Below are positions 9,281-22,533 of a stretch of DNA of 37,053 bases, piece after piece (positions within the stretch are counted from its first letter, which is position 1; the number at the start of each line of letters is the position of its first letter). A program made the translations under genes and the position numbers. Under the pieces are notes generated by a model. It was not told where the DNA came from, did no database searches, and saw only the letters and a list, made by a program, of their open reading frames with translations. Source of the stretch: Catajapyx aquilonaris (lineage: Eukaryota); contig JYFJ02000949.1 in the NCBI GenBank assembly GCA_000934665.2, positions 62,001 to 99,053 of the forward strand, in the 5' to 3' direction.

Positions 9281-12200
9281 TCATCTGAAGAATCCGAACG
9301 TTGTCGGGTAGCTGTACTGCGGGTACCCTCCGTTGAACGGTGTCGGGGTGTCAAGTACCTGTAAGTACACAATTAATTTGTACACTATTATTAAAACTAC
9401 TGCAGGGTATACGACACTTACGTTCTCAAGCTTGTGCATGACTCCGTTGGTTGCTGTGAGGTCACAGGCGGTGACCCTCGCATTCTCTGCAAACACGTGT
9501 CTGAACCTGTCCCTGTGGAAGTTGACCGGCACGTTGTCCATCGACCTGAGTGGCCAGAACGGTGCCCAGATGGACTCGGGTACGCCGGTACAGCACAGCA
9601 CATCACGAAGCACATGTCGTCGTACCAAAGACTTGGCCTGGTCCGTATTGTTCTGGTACTCCGCTAGCTTGTCCGAAGGCATCCGAAGGAAAGCGGAGTC
9701 CACTGGAGCCAGAAGTGTCCACGGACCTTCGCTGTCCAGTTCTTCAGCCATACCGCTCATCTACGGACATGTGCATGTTCACAAAACCAATTACTTGGTA
9801 CAGAGTATACACGTACCTCCAGAATCTGGTTGAATATGGAGAGCTCAGCGTCGGACATGGCCATCTGAACAATGCTGCCGTCGGGTGATGACAACGTCCT
9901 GTCGATGACATGTACGACGCCCCCGCAAGCCTGTCCGTCGTACTGTGTGATCAAAGCGCACTCCGCAGTTGCTCTAGTGGCCATCGGGTTGTGACCGACA
10001 ATCCCAGGCGAGTGGACCTTGAGTCTGACCCCTTTGTCCATGACCCCTGAGTGCAGTACGGTGCTGATGGGCATGTCGCAGGCTCTCAGTTGCGGTTGGG
10101 TCACATGGTACAGCAGCCACTCTCTCATGACGGCTGGGTCATCCATCATGACCCTGAGTGTCTGCTGACCCAGTCGTTCGATGGCCTCGTTGGTCGGAGC
10201 AAAGATGGTGATGTTGGTCATGGTGTCGATCTGGCTTAGAAGACCTGCTTCGTCCAGCATGGTCAAGAACGAGGACAGTCCGCCCTCGCGAAGTACGTCG
10301 CTCATCCTCTTGGCTGCAACAATCCGGCTCAACAATCGGCTAACAATCGTGTGTGTGAAGGACAGTACCTTGTGGTGGCATCACAACGTCGTTCAGCACG
10401 TGCATGACCCCATTGGTTGCAACGATGTCACGTCGTATGACTCTGGCTCCGTCTTCTCCTGCGAACATCCTCGATCGTCTTTTCTCCATTCTCATCGGCT
10501 CTCCCAACAATGTGGGTCCCAACACTGCTCCCTGGATGGCCGCCGAGCACACAGACCTCGGCATGGTCAGGTACGTCAAGATCACTGTCAGAAAACAAGG
10601 TCCTCTCACAGCATATTCTGGCAGGTACCACAGTGTGCGTACTCACTCTGTCCGCATGCTTCTCCTTGCTCTATACCCGCCAGAGTGGATGGATCCAGCT
10701 TCTGAAAGGCCTCATTGTTGGGTGCCAACAATGTCAGGTGCTGACCTTTGTCCTCTAGATACTTGTGCATCTGACCCTTTCGCATCACTGTCCCCAAAAA
10801 AAAGAGTAATGGATTACAAATTCGACGTACGGGCTTCCGAATTTTTGTACGTGCAATTGCGGCTAATTATTCTTACGGTTGTACAGAGTGGACAGGTCCG
10901 GATCGGACTTGAGTATTTCGGCTAGTGTTTTCGTGACTGGCTTCATCATTGTTTGGACCTGGTGTACGACGCCGTTCGACGCCGGATAGTCAGCCTGCGT
11001 CGACAGAGGGACACAATTGGCTGTCATCACCGGTCCGTGCGGATGGTCTCGGTACACGTTGACTCGTACAGTCGACTTGGTGTCGGTGTACAGCACCTGA
11101 ACACAATGCAAAAGTTGGATGAATACATCAACAATCAACCGACAGTGTTTACCTTCTCGTCAATGAAGTCTGCCATCTCCAGTGTTCCGTCAGCTGCATG
11201 ACACGACATCACGTCTCTGAGGCCCTCCATGGTCGTACCTTGCACCGAAGAGTTGGACCTGTACCGTTTATTCCTACGTTCTTCGGACTGATCGTCGTTC
11301 CTTCGACGCTTCTGTCGCTCAAACCTGTCACCGTGGTGCCTCTGACCGTTCCTCGACATCTCTCCGGATATACCATTCTGGAAAAAAAATGTCATCGCTA
11401 CAGTTATCTCGATTTGCTATCAATTGTGTGTACCTACAGCTTCTTGCAGAATCAGCCGGTACTCATCGACGGCCGCTGGTATGGGCAGGAACACAGTGAC
11501 ATTGTCCCGTTTGAATACGTCGATCACACCAGCCGATTCGACTAATGACAGAAACACTTCGCCTCCAAGAATCTTGATCGTGTCCTCAACAGGCCTCAAG
11601 TTTGCTGAAATATCGTTCGGATGATCTTTACTACGCGGCGAAGTGGCTGGAGCCCTCTCCACCCCCCGACGTCGTCGCGTAGTAAAGATCAGCCTATCGT
11701 TCAATCAGTTAGCAGTGTACCGAGCAAGTGCCGTGCCGTACCTTCTTCGCAGTACCCTCCTCTTCGTCTCCGATACCCTTCGCAACACTCGAACGTGACT
11801 CGAAGTGTCTTCTTAATTCCACGTGACAGCATCCTGGAAATTTATATATATTTAAAAAAAAAGAGAGTGACCAGTTCATTCCCGTTTGAATGCGACCCAA
11901 TCAAGGTTCGTCACCCGGGAAGTGCATAAGTGCAATTGCATAAAAATGTTTTAACAAGTTTCAAGGTCAAATTATTATTCGAGCCAACCACTCGCTTCCT
12001 CTACAGTTTAAGCAGGACATGGGCTGCCAAAACTGACCTGTTGACACACTCGTATCGTTTTCCGTTGTCGTGACAGTCGGCGAAGTGGTATGAACTCAAG
12101 TGGTCGTCACTTCCTGCCTCTTCCTGCGTTTCCTCAGTCATCGAGCACACATTAGGCCTAACAATTAAAATTGGAAAAGAAACAAAGGGTCGTGCGATCA

Positions 12201-13081
12201 GTTGTTAAAAAACGAATTGAGTTGTTGGTTGCTAGAGCGAACAAAACTTACCCACGCCACCATTGCCAAGTTGCAGGTACTGTAATAAATGGAAAGAAAG
12301 GTCGTAATGAAGACGCATGATGTTCGGTCGGTGCTTCTTCCGCTTCTTCGTCTGAAAAAATTGGTTGGGGAAAAAAAAAATTGAGATCCACGAACGACAA
12401 CGACTCCCCCGTGTGAACCCCCATACCATTGTCTTCATCGCTGCTGGTTTCGACCACCCGATCCGTGAAGAACGATTCCTCCTGAGGTCGAGGGTACACC
12501 TGCTGGTCATAGAACTGACCAGACGGTTGGATGACCACCTGTCGACCTAGAGGAATCCGAGAAGGTCCTATCCCGACGTCGGATCGGAATCCACGCATCT
12601 CTCTTCGAAGCATGCTGTCCAACCATGCTTGTGTTCTGCTACAAAATATAAAAAAAAAAAATTTGCTAAAATATTCATAACAGTTAAATGACTCAACGCG
12701 ATAATGAGTCAGTCGCATTTCCCACATCCTATATGCGGTTTTTGCACTCGGATAACTACGCAATATGCTGCGATGCTGCTGCATTATGTAGCCGTTATCG
12801 CAACAATGCAAGTGGCTAAATGCCAACGAGTTTCTTCATGCAATGGTTGCTTGGGTGAACAATCCAGACCTTTTTGACCTGTCGGTAAAGCTATTCCAAA
12901 TAACAAAAGCATCAGTCTGAACGACCATAAATGATATGAATTCAGCATCTTCTGCAGAAGGGTTAACCTGTGGTCTTTACCTTGAGGGCACCTGACCCGT
13001 GTGTGTGGGGTCAAAGTAAGAGGTGACCGTGGTGACCCCTAGGACCACCAGGAGCAGGGTGTGGCAGTAGGCAGCTCTCAT
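9281..13081 (-). CDS. Fasciclin-domain protein (EMI + 4 FAS1; TGFBI/periostin/midline-fasciclin-like), copy D
   Basis: ATG at 13081 starts signal peptide MRAAYCHTLLLVVLGVTTVTS. EMI-like WWRG|PNVC...ECCEGY...C. FAS1 motifs NVTVFLP, ASNGVVHQV, LTLLAPNNEAF, ATNGVMHVLN, ITIFAPTNEA, WTLLAPVDSAF, ATNGVMHKL. Stop at 9281-9283. Confidence 0.92.
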
Positions 13082-13094
13082 TCTGATGGCGACC

Positions 13095-13254
13095 AACTGA
13101 CCACTGATGCGGTTCTAGAGGAATCTAAAGTAGTGTATGAGGATGTGAGGGGCGATATAGAGTTAGAGAGGGTGGGAGGGGGTTTGAAGAGGGAAGAGGG
13201 GGGCGGGGGTGGACCACATGTTAGAGTAGCAAGCCCCTTTGATCGCTTTTTATA
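13095..13254 (-). promoter_or_regulatory. Candidate core promoter of fasciclin D
   Basis: TCAGTT Inr (13100-13095) just upstream of the ATG, and TATAAAAA at 13254-13247. The two are not at canonical spacing, so the TSS is ambiguous. Confidence 0.4.
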
Positions 13255-16200
13255 GAGCCGGCATATCTTGCTGGTTTTTATAGCACATGTTGTACAGCAT
13301 GCGATGAAAATTTTCGGAGTAAAAAAAAATTGTTGCATCTAGTTCAGATGTCATCCGGATTCACCTGCACATTTTAAAATATTTGTAATTATACAAAAAT
13401 TAATAAAATATGACACTATTAAATTAAATTTGCAATATTTTTCTAATCAATGTCGCACTGCACTAAATAAATAAAAAAAGACAGGGTCGCTTGGAGGGAC
13501 GCATACCTTCCAGGATATTTAAAAAAATACATTTGTACTGCTTGTGTATGAAGCTTATTCTCAGTACTGTAGCATGATTTGGTTAATTATTTTCAGAACA
13601 CAACAATTATTTTTAGCTGTGCTTTTTTACAAACTGGAATGCCAAAGTATTTATGCATTAAAATTCTTTCGTGTCACCGTCTTGATAAGTGAGGAAAATA
13701 ATTGTGGGAAAATATCTCGATCGCGTGCCCCACATATTTTTTTCTACTATTAGACTGTTCCCCCCCCCCCTCCCCAAAATGTTGGTCACAGGCGCGAAAG
13801 GTCAACCTTGACCCAAGGGAGTAATCAGACGCGATTACGCTGCCGACATGCGGTAATAATGCTTCTGGAGCAAGAAAGTTAATAGATCGCCCAGTTTTCT
13901 TCTGTCGCCTATAAATAATCCGATGCTGGTGACCCACATTTTTTTTTCTCTCTCTATCTCTTTCGAAGGCTGAAGAAGAGCTTCGCAAAATAATTGTGCA
14001 GACAAATGATGAGTCATACGCCAACCGGTGAACGATTAAACTGACACGTGCAAACCTTGAAAGGTCAACTGCCCTTTTTAAATTAGCCTGTGACCGAGAA
14101 GGAAACGGCCGGAAAAAAAATCATGCTTGCTGGACTTTTAAAAGCTGAAATAATTATGCACGCTTTTAATGAGATCAATTAGTGAATCAGGATTTAAATC
14201 CTCTTAAATCCGGCTCAGATGTACTGCATGACTTTGTAACCTACTATTGTGCAGCCAGTCACGGCGAAACCGTAAGTGATGATCCCTTGCCAAAAATGGA
14301 TCCTAATTTGCGCCCGGTTTTCGCACTGTGTGGGTTTGCAAAAAAAATCTATATGACCTTCAGTCCGCATAATACATGACCGCGCAATATCTGCGTCGTC
14401 ATGAGCTCAAAAAGGTGACTCTCATTGCCCTTGTTTCGTCAAGAGGGGCTGGATGTGTGCAGTGGGTGGTGTGACATAAAGTCACGTCTCAAATTTCCAA
14501 GAAAACCCGCCTGGTCCTCCCACAGTTGGCAGCATCCGTTTTCGCATTTTGCATATGTTGCACACGTCATTTTTTATGGCCATCAGATGTTACGCTGCCG
14601 AACTTCAAATAATTTTCGTTTATGGAAGAGTTGGGTCATCCCAGGCTTTGTCTCAGGTGGGTTTCCTTGTGACTAACCACCCGGGGGAAGAAAAATGGCC
14701 GCTAACGACATACCAATTAATTGAATTTACGAAATCGGTTTGAGACATGTTTCGATATAAAAATTCGAATCCGCTGCAGTATTTGCAAGGATAATTTTTT
14801 CCCCTTGAACCGGGCACTGATTGGCGTCGAGTCCTATGCTTTAATAAATGAGGAAAGTCGGTCACGTGGGTGACATCACAGGCGTCAAGTCATCCCGAAA
14901 GAGGACGATCAAGGTTGAACGTCTTTATTTTGCAACAACAACAACAAACATTGCGTGGCTGCGTGCTACTTTTGGGACCTCACATAGGGAATGATTCTCC
15001 TTCCAAATGAAAGGTGTGTCCACAGTCCATCCATATAGTGGGGGGGCGATGATGTTTACTCATTTGAATGCGTTCTAAAGGTGGACTCGAAATGTGACGT
15101 GCGTGGGAAATTAGCAAGGACATTTAACTCACATTTTGTCAGAGACTCACCCTTGATCATGAAGGGGAAAAATGCTATTGTTTCATAGAAGGAATCCGGA
15201 AGCAAATCCGGATTTAAATAACCGTGAGAATTTCACACGAGCATTTTTATACATATATCTGTGTCATTAGGCAGTGCACAGTTTTAAAATTAAATATTGA
15301 GCAGCTTTGAATCATTTTTTATGTAACGCGTAACCCGTTTTCTGATTCCATGATTCAATTTATTGAAAGTGTCCACATTTTAATATTAAGTGTCGAATAT
15401 ATATGCGGTTCATTTAAATATTTGCAATGGTCGTGTTGTCTTTTTTTTGCAGATATTAATCTGCGGGGGAGATTCAGCAAGCCCGCTTCCCCCTGTGGGC
15501 ATGTGTGACGTAGAGTGATGGGGGGCCCTGGTCACTTGGTGGTCACTTCCATTTTTGGTCAGTGGCTTTGGCAGCCTGCTCCTTCCCTGCTGCAGGGTTT
15601 GGTGTGTCGACCTCATTCCGTCCAGCAGCCAGGCTCTTTAGACTTCACTTTCTCCTCTCGATGCATTTTGCTGGCCATCAGTTTTATTCCCAGACACACC
15701 AAGTCAGCCGATCACGCCTTAGGATATGTGGCTTGATGGAGAAAAGAAGGAAAAGAAAATACCGAAAGCGTATGATACCGACTCTTTTTTTTTTCTTCCG
15801 GGGTTTCGCAATCAATGTCGGGTTGTTTTCTTCAAAGGAATGTAATTGGGCGTGTGAAAGCATAATTACGCGATGGCCATAACGTCCGCCTGTTATTAAG
15901 CCGATAAGTACATTTTACTATAAGAGAGACGCATGTGGTATCGCTTTCCCCCGCATGACCCTGAGAGTGGCAGCAGTGTGCAGAGAGGGAGGATGCGCGC
16001 CATCTATGAGCGAAGTAAGGTACTCTGTGGGAAATCGGTGGTCCGGCAGTGTTGCCAAGTTCAACAGATAAACAGCCAGTATTGCTCACTAATTCGGGTG
16101 TAAAAAGTGATGATTTTTATAGGCTTACCCTGCCGCATATTTACCACAATCCTGACTTCCTTGGAAGTGTGCAGTTAAAACTTTGTATGTAACCTTGAAA

Positions 16201-17399
16201 TGGAAGCTCCTTTTTTTACGTCATCCGGTAAGCCGGTAATGAGTATATGTAAAGGGACAATATATGTCATTGTTTTTATTATGCAGACCATGGCCAGGTG
16301 GGGGAGGATGACGCTTCTTTGCTGATCCACTCTCTAGTCAGACAAAGGCTGCTATTGTGTATTTGGCTGTATGGTGGTGACGTCACCAATATTTGCGAAG
16401 GTAAAGTCAAATGCAATCTGAAATATTCGGCTTTCAGACAGATTTGTTGAAGGGTGGAATTATGCGCAATTGTCTCCACTTTAGACATTTTCAAGTAAAC
16501 AGAGAAAAATAAGCAAGTGTTGGTGGTTGGTGCCAGTCAACCTGTTTCGTAATAATTAATTAAATGTTAATATAGCCTCCTACCAGGCTCTCCAAATAAA
16601 AGCCAACCAATTTGGGCCTCCCCTTTATTGTGATTTCCATCTCCATTAATCCCCCCTCGTGACAAGCCACCAGGAAATTCAATTTACTCCTCCTTGGCAT
16701 TAATTCCGATCTGGATGTGTGTCCCGTTAGACCTTTCCTTTGCAGCACCCACCGCAGGTCTGATGCTAATGACACCTGCGACACCCCCGTGTGTATTGTA
16801 CGTAGGTTGATATATATTAAACCCCCTGAGGATTCCTGTGTTAGGCGGTGGTTCATCTGACCCGCAGTGAGAAGATTTCCCGGATCGGCAACCAACCCAA
16901 GTCCCGTTGAGACCAGTGACGACAGTCTTGTGACGATGACGATGAATAAACTAAATTCCTTCTTCTACATAGTGTTTGTGGGCAGACCTGAACTTCTGGG
17001 GGCAGCACCCAAAGAAGGACTGGGTCGTAGGACGAAATAATGTGGGCGGCCACATGTTATGACGTAATTGCACCTTTAAAATTTTGCTATTTGTCCTCCT
17101 GTTCCGGGGGGTTTCCGGGCCATGCAACACATGCAGCGAAGGCTGCTTGGCTTTCACCATGACGAAAGTTTCGTCTCTTGTAATGCTCACATCCTTATTC
17201 TAGCCTCTTAAAAAGGCATAGCAGGTAGCAGCTTTTAGGTCACTCTCGCCATTATTGGCTGATGGAGGACATGATCAGGAGATGCGGGGGTGGGTCGGGA
17301 GGTGGCAAACAGGGGCCAGGGGAGAATCAAATTTGCATATAATCACAACATAATCTAATCTAATTTATTTTGTGTTGAAATGTCAAGATCATTCTCTTG

Positions 17400-17700
17400 A
17401 ATCGTTAATTGATTAAAAATTTGTTCATTTAAATATTATCGAATTTATTAGTAATGGAAATTTTATTTTTAATATTTATAATTCTAATATTTATTCGTTT
17501 TTTGTTTTTTATTTATATTGTATTATTTATTTATTTATATTTACATTTATTTACATTTATTTTATTTTATTTTATTTATTTTTGTTATTATTAATTTATC
17601 GTGTATTTATTATTCGTGTATTATATTTATCATATTTATTGTATTTATAATTATTTGTTATCATTTAATTATTTTATTTTGTAACAAAACTGATGATAAA
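17400..17700. repeat. AT-rich low-complexity tract
   Basis: Almost entirely degenerate (ATTT)n/(TTA)n. Confidence 0.85.
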
Positions 17701-19509
17701 TGAGTTTGCTTCATTTATGAACTTTGGTTGCTTCTTATTTCTAATAACTTATACATTGAAGTTTATTCACACAAAAATGTGGCTGTTTAGTTTGGGTTCG
17801 TTTTAATGAATTTGCTTATTAAATTAATTTCATTCGTGGAAATATGACATGGACTGAAACTAATATTATGGCAAAGCCTTTGCCGGGCTCGTTCATAAGG
17901 TGCGGCATAAACCAGTTGTCGTTGCGCATAACTTACGATAATTGCACAACAGCTTTTATGTTAAAGCATGGCTGCGAACTCGCCCAGTAAGTTATTGCTA
18001 GGGATAATAAACAATGTTTTCCATCCGAAGGACTGGTTTTACCTTTTGCTCTGCCTCGCCTGATAAAAATGGTCATTTTTAAGCGTACGAAACAACATCC
18101 ACGAAACGCTTTACAACCAGACCAGCTGCACTGATGATAAGGCACCCATCATGGCAACACACTCCCTGTTAAGCGAATAGTTAATTGTGACTGAAATATT
18201 GCACGACAATGAAATAAGTACAGTGTTTTGTACATCAGATAAGGAGCCTGAGTAACAGAATTATTTGTTACTAACGCCATTTTTGTGCGGGTTTGTCTGG
18301 CATTCAGATGAAAGTTATTCTGTTGACAGGTGTACTTCTCTAATTGAGGACATTCCCATCTTGACAGTACATGATAACTTTAACAGAAGGACAACAAAAA
18401 GCACTACACAGGAAAGAAAAACAGGTACGTTTTGGCAAAATATTTTAATTTCCAGCAATACAGAGTTAACAATCGTTCAAACTGATTGCTGGAGTAAATA
18501 ATCATTCTAGGTCTGAAACGGTTAATTAAATTTCAATATCTGAAAAATCTCAGGTGTTTGTTTAATTGCTCGCATGCATGAATCTCAAGCGAATTGTAAA
18601 GAAATAAAATAACAGTAAGCTCGAAAAGAGAGCCGGAAATATTCGCCTTTTTTTCTATTCCCACGAAAAAATTCTTGAGAGAAGTTCCGCTTTTTTATTG
18701 TTGTTTGTTCTCTCTTTTTTTTTAAAGCCCAGAGGCACACCTTGGCAAACTGAAAGTTGAAAGGTTGTCCAATCGGAATTTATTGGTGTTGATTCCGGTA
18801 ATTTGCGTACCTTGCTCATGTAACAGAACAATCCACAGCATTCACACGGAATTATTTTGTTGTTAGATTTTACTATACCAATCTGACATACAGAGAGGTA
18901 CAGTATTTTTAACAGAACTGCTTTCTGCTTTTAGTTAAATAAAGCAGTAGTTGCACATGCCCAACAGCAGAGTAATTATACAGTTGTTTTTTTTTTCTTC
19001 TTCTTGCACATAAAAGCGAGGGCAATAAAAATGCACTTGCAAGTAACGCCCACTTTTGAGTGGGGTTTGTTCATTAACATTTGGTCGGGTTACTTCCAGA
19101 GTGTCTTAGGTTGTGGGCACCCGTTACGCGACCTCCAGATCAAGTTCGTGGGACACTCCAAAAGGGTGCCCCCCCTCTTTACTTCTTTTTCTTTTCTCTT
19201 TGGATCTGACTTGTGCTGGCCACACTATTGCTTTGGGAGAGACCTCTCCCACTTGGCACAAAAAGAAGGTTTCGCCCACTCTTTTCTCCTTAAAAGCCGC
19301 CGAGCAACTTCTTCTCTCGAAGCTTAAGCCCTGTGTAACTCATCGGGGGGATTCCAGAAAATATATGCGCGCATTGGCCCCAGGCATGCTTCTCTACTAA
19401 TCTCTCCAGGAGCACAGTACAACCAAGTGCAGAAGGTTTTGCACCTTCGAGACATTCAATTATTGCTGGGGATTACACTGTTGGAATCAGCAGGAGACAC
19501 AACTTCATG

Positions 19510-20125
19510 CCAATTTGTGCAAATCCTTCATTAAATGCTCCTTTAACCATTTATCAATTACGTGCTTGTTAATTATCCTTTTAATTAGCTAATTAGTTGG
19601 TTTGTTAATTAATTACGAGGTTGCACATATTGTTACAAAATATATGGCATTTTTTAAATATGTCAGAAACGAAATTCGTGCCAATCTTTTGCTCCGTAAA
19701 TCCTTTATCAATTATTTATTAATCGACCTGGGAATTCACTAATTAATTAATTGGGCAATTAATTACGAGGTTGCACATATTGGCACCTTTTGGAATATAT
19801 CAGCAACGAAATTTGTGCCAATCCTTTGTTAAATGCTCCGTAAGGCATATATCGATAATTTCTTAATTATTTAACCTTGTAATTAACTATTCAATTAATA
19901 AATGACGAGGTTGCACACATTGTTACAAATATTCCGCTGTTTAGAATATATATCAGACAGGAAATGTGCCACAATTCTTCTGTAAATGCTTTGCAAAGCC
20001 TTTATCGATTTTTATTCATTAATTAAATGACCTTGTAATTGACTAATTAGTTAATTAATTGATTGCAAGGTTTCACTTGCTGTTAAAATTAGTGCACTTT
20101 TTGGAATAATAGCAGAAACGTTGCC
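19510..20125. repeat. Diverged ~150-bp tandem repeat, ~4 copies
   Basis: Anchor ACGAGGTTGCACA at 19615, 19765, 19905 and (degenerate) 20065. Shared blocks ATATCAG.AACGAAATT.GTGCCAATC and AAATGCTCC. Confidence 0.85.
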
Positions 20126-21718
20126 AGTACAGCCGGAATGTAAATTATATTTTTCATGTTTTAAAAAGGGCACGTGACATACTTGTAAATGCAAAAACTG
20201 TCATTTTCATCAAATCTTTTTTTTTTTCTTTGTAAAAATTTCGCTTCTATGGGGGGCGTTGCCATGAATTGTTTTCGAAGGAGGTGTTCTAATCTACTTG
20301 TCACGAAAATTGACGACCCAACATGACACCTCGTGTGTTTATCAGAGTGTGGAATAAGAAAATATAAAGGAATGAGAAATTGGCACATTTGCATGTTAAC
20401 ATCATTTTGGCGATCACGAGTTTTGCCAAATTTGAATGACAATTGGGATAATTGAAATGATAAATTGTGGCGCAAAAAAGAACCCCGCCGTTATCTTGTA
20501 CCACTTTTGATAAAAGCAAAGGAAGTCGTGCACATCCTGGATAATTATAATAATTACATTCTGCCTTTCATTTATATTAATATTTATATTATTTATATTC
20601 ATGTATTATACATTTTTATTATTTCTATTCACATACAAGTATTGTCATAGACTCATAGTCCAGTTTTATTATTTTCTCATGCATGCGAATAGACTCCTTT
20701 GTGCAATTCACTTTTTTAATAATATACATATACGTATGCTGCCTTATTGTCCAGCTTGAACAGTAGTACTTATTTTTTTGCAAACAGATGACCTTTCCTG
20801 TATGGCCAGTATATTCGCTAAAAACCGATGTCGACATGCCAATTTCCTGTCAGGGTGACTCTGCAATCTTTCCGCGATTTTTACGAGCCTAATAATACGA
20901 ATGACAAATGTCAGTCATGAATATGAACAGAAAGTACTTCCTCCTAGCAGCTCCGCGCCGTTGCCAAATTATTTTTTTTAAAAGCAAAGTCCCCTTCCTT
21001 CTGGATTAAATCTCTAAAAAAATTCTGGCTTTTGCCTGAAATTTAACAATATTTGAATATTTTGTCGCATTGAAAAAATAGATTACATATCAGTCATATA
21101 AGATGGATTAGATTTTACTCACTTGTCAGAGGTTCATCTGGCAAAATGTTGCATCGGATTATCCTTGGGCGTGTCGAATCCCTTTTGCAATAGTCAGGGT
21201 AATATCAAACGATTGTTGTAAATACGCATGTAGAGGACTACATTTATTAAGGAAAATAGCGTTCAAGGTTGCCAAAAGAGTGCTGCGGAGGACATAAAGT
21301 GCGAGGCCGGCTGGAATATTACTTTGCCAGAGTACAGGGTGGTGCACTCTCCAAGTATTACTAGGAAGGAGATTGTTCATCCCAGCAACCAGGGAAGCAA
21401 CTTGTTTGTTGCTTCTCTGGATTATAATCTGTCCATAACTTATCCCACTGTGGATACTGACCACCCTGTTTATCTTAAGCACGAAAATCTTGATCGGAAT
21501 CCGGATTTCTCATTCTTTATCAGATGATAAACTTGGGGCGATAATTATACGGCCCAATCTACGTGCATTATTAGCTCACAATTTATTACATTACATCGCA
21601 TATGAGTCCCTGGCAAGGTTGCAGGCACAAAAGCGAGTATGATGAGGATAGGTGGTCACGGTCTGGCGGGCGGCATCAAGAAGCAGCATCCACACAGGAT
21701 GCATCACACATACGTGTA

Positions 21719-22193
21719 CAGGGTGTTCCAACTCAAATGTTCGTTTTAAAAAATGCTGTGTTTTAAACAGTCACTTTTATTGACTATTAAATGCGGGCAT
21801 TAATTGGTAATAATTGGTTGTAATGTCGGCAAGAAAATAATGTTCTGAAGTTCATTTCAATTCAGAGCATCGATAAATCTAGTTCAGCCTCATGGCAGCT
21901 AATAATTGCGATAACTACTCTGAAAGTAACTATGAAAAAATAGCTGCCTTCAAATTAAACTACTAAATGTGAAATCTAATATAATCATCGCTGAATCATC
22001 GTATAGAATGAAACGAATAAATATAGAAATTGTAGAACATGTAAATAAAAATAATACTAGAAAACCCCTCCGTTCGCTCGCATTTGTCTAGGCCTGCGGC
22101 CTGCGGTGGACGTTTAAGTAATAATAACTCGCATTAATTTTTTTAAACTGGAATAAAAATTGCTACCACATGCATTTGAGTATGAACACCGTG
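21719..22193. mobile_element. Tc1/mariner-type MITE relic
   Basis: TA + CAGGGTGTTCCAACTCAAATG on the left. The right-end reverse complement reads CACGGTGTTCATACTCAAATG. AT-rich non-coding interior. Confidence 0.6.
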
Positions 22194-22498
22194 TGTACTA
22201 CTTTTGGACATAAGGGTACACAACAACAGCAACAAAAAAGCGGAGTCCAGCAGGTGTCCTCCATGGACCGTATACCCTAACACGACTGCACCAACCCGCG
22301 CCATATAACCCATGCTGCTGCACTCTGGTTGGTTCCTTCTTCTTCATCATCATCGTCTTAGCTTCTTCTTTCTTTACCTGAGAGATCCGAGCCAAAAGGC
22401 CTTTCAAGGCGGGCAAGCATGACGTCAGCGGGTGCGGCCGCTCACCTAAGCGTGTGTGTGTGTGTGCATACGTGTGTTGGTTGGTGTTGGTGTCAGAC

Positions 22499-22533
22499 GC
22501 AGTTCGGTGGTCGTCGGAGGTGGTGGTGGACGG
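22499..22533 (+). promoter_or_regulatory. Candidate Inr + DPE core promoter
   Basis: GCAGTT with A(+1) at 22501 and GGACG exactly at +28..+32 (22528-22532). (GT)n and a TGACGTCA site upstream. Possible donor AAG|GTGGTT at ~22617. Confidence 0.45.

Noticed and set aside
22057..22110. Helitron-like 3' end (GC-rich stretch then CTAG|T on the minus strand)
   Set aside because: No clear subterminal hairpin and no identifiable 5' end.
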